Positions 62,990-64,000 of a stretch of DNA of 64,000 nt are shown here, piece after piece. The position numbers and the translations under genes were made by a program. The notes under the pieces are model-generated. The model worked only from the letters and a program-made list of their open reading frames with translations. It was not told the DNA's origin and did no database searches. This stretch comes from Azolla caroliniana (Eukaryota > Plantae > Polypodiophyta): contig JBHGNT010000010.1 of assembly GCA_043228905.1 (NCBI GenBank), forward strand, positions 7,812,001 to 7,876,000. The letters run 5' to 3'. The number at the start of each line of letters is the position of its first letter. Position 1 is the first letter of the stretch.

Positions 62990-63530
62990 TGTTAGAGTGT
63001 CAAACTCAAATTGTTTAAAGAAATTGAAACTTAAATTGAACTGAACCAAACTACACAACCATTTAAACCGAAACCATTGAAACCGACCAACTACAAAAAC
63101 TTTAAACTCAAACCAAACGGTTTTAGATATTTTCAAACCAATTAAACTATAAAAACTGCGTTTTCGTGGGTTGGTTTCGGTTTTCAAGTTGGGTCAAAAT
63201 TTAAATGTTCAAAAATCAATTTTTAATTTTAAAAATTTTCTATAGTATTTCAAAATTCAAAATTTAAAAGAGTTTTCCTAAAATGTCATAATTAGCTTCA
63301 ATCTTAAAAGTTTGGTAAAAACAAAAACTCAATAAAATAATAATCAAAGTGTCCACTGTCAACTCTAAACCCCGTTTAAATAAAAAATCGTTAAGCTGGT
63401 AAAGGTTCAAACCGAACTGAACCGTTTATTCCCAAACCGAACCGAACCTATAGCAAAAAACTTGAACTTGAACCGGATCGAATTGAACTGTTTAAACAGT
63501 TAAATCCGTGGTTTCGCGGTTCGGTTCCTA
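62990..63530. repeat. AAACCG-rich MITE-like element(s) upstream of the PPR-like gene
   Basis: Arrays of AAACCG/GAACCG and inverted CGGTTC/GGTTT. Related to 13400-13530 and 36505-37050. Confidence 0.6.
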
Positions 63531-63580
63531 GGCGTAGGAGAGGAACCGAGCAACGTTCCAACACAAAAAGCCAAGAGCCG

Positions 63581-64000
63581 ATGGGCTGCTTCCGCAGACA
63601 TCTTCGCATTGCCTCCCCTCCTTCAAGCAGGAGCTGCTCCTCTACGCTTCCATCCACTCTCCGGAACAGGTCGGCCTGCCTGCTTTTGCTCCTTTTTCTT
63701 TTCTTTTTATCCTTTTCTTTTAGGGTTTATCAATTGAAACAAGGGGACACACAATAAGGTGCTTTCAGCCCTCTTTTGTTGAACCCTCCAGAAGTATGGT
63801 GGGGAAGAACTCCTTTTGTTGTTACATTGCTTTTGTTATCCTGTGATTATCTACATTTCAATTTCAATTTGCAGCTTCGATTGCAATTCCCTCACATCTG
63901 AAGCCGTATCAGACCTCTGCTCGCAGGGATTCCTTGTAGAAGCATTGCAATGTTTGCGCGATTTGCTCCGGAACCCCCTTCCCGTCTCCCCAAATCTCTT
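63581..64000 (+). CDS. 5' end of a probable organelle-targeted PPR protein (runs off the window)
   Basis: Exon 63581-63669 (MGCFRRHLRIASPPSSRSCSS..., transit-peptide-like), GT-AG intron, then exon from 63875 in matching phase: FDCNSLTSEAVSDLCSQGFLVEALQCLRDLL, resembling the LC..G.L.EAL PPR start. Confidence 0.55.

Overview
Repeat-rich land-plant nuclear DNA (fern-like repeat landscape; the taxon is my inference). Host genes: an 8-exon lipid phosphate phosphatase delta / sphingoid-phosphate phosphatase (13683-25128), a 4-exon SAM50/Omp85 gene (33604-41236) and the 5' end of a probable PPR gene (63581 to window end). The rest is nested Ty1/copia, Ty3/gypsy, L1 and RTE/RTEX retroelements, solo LTRs, MITEs, and a decayed plastid 16S rRNA insertion inside an intron. 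The stand-out is a ~7.6-kb DNA transposon (52054-59639) with ~36-bp TIRs and a 4-bp CCTA duplication. It carries two divergent genes: a Sola1-like DDD transposase with a C-terminal BAH-like domain, and a six-exon gene for a ParB-like domain joined to a bacterial/phage-type beta-class N6-adenine/N4-cytosine DNA methyltransferase (DIPY ... WIK ... PYQKP ... DLFSGTGTT). All calls come from reading the sequence by eye; no database searches were run.
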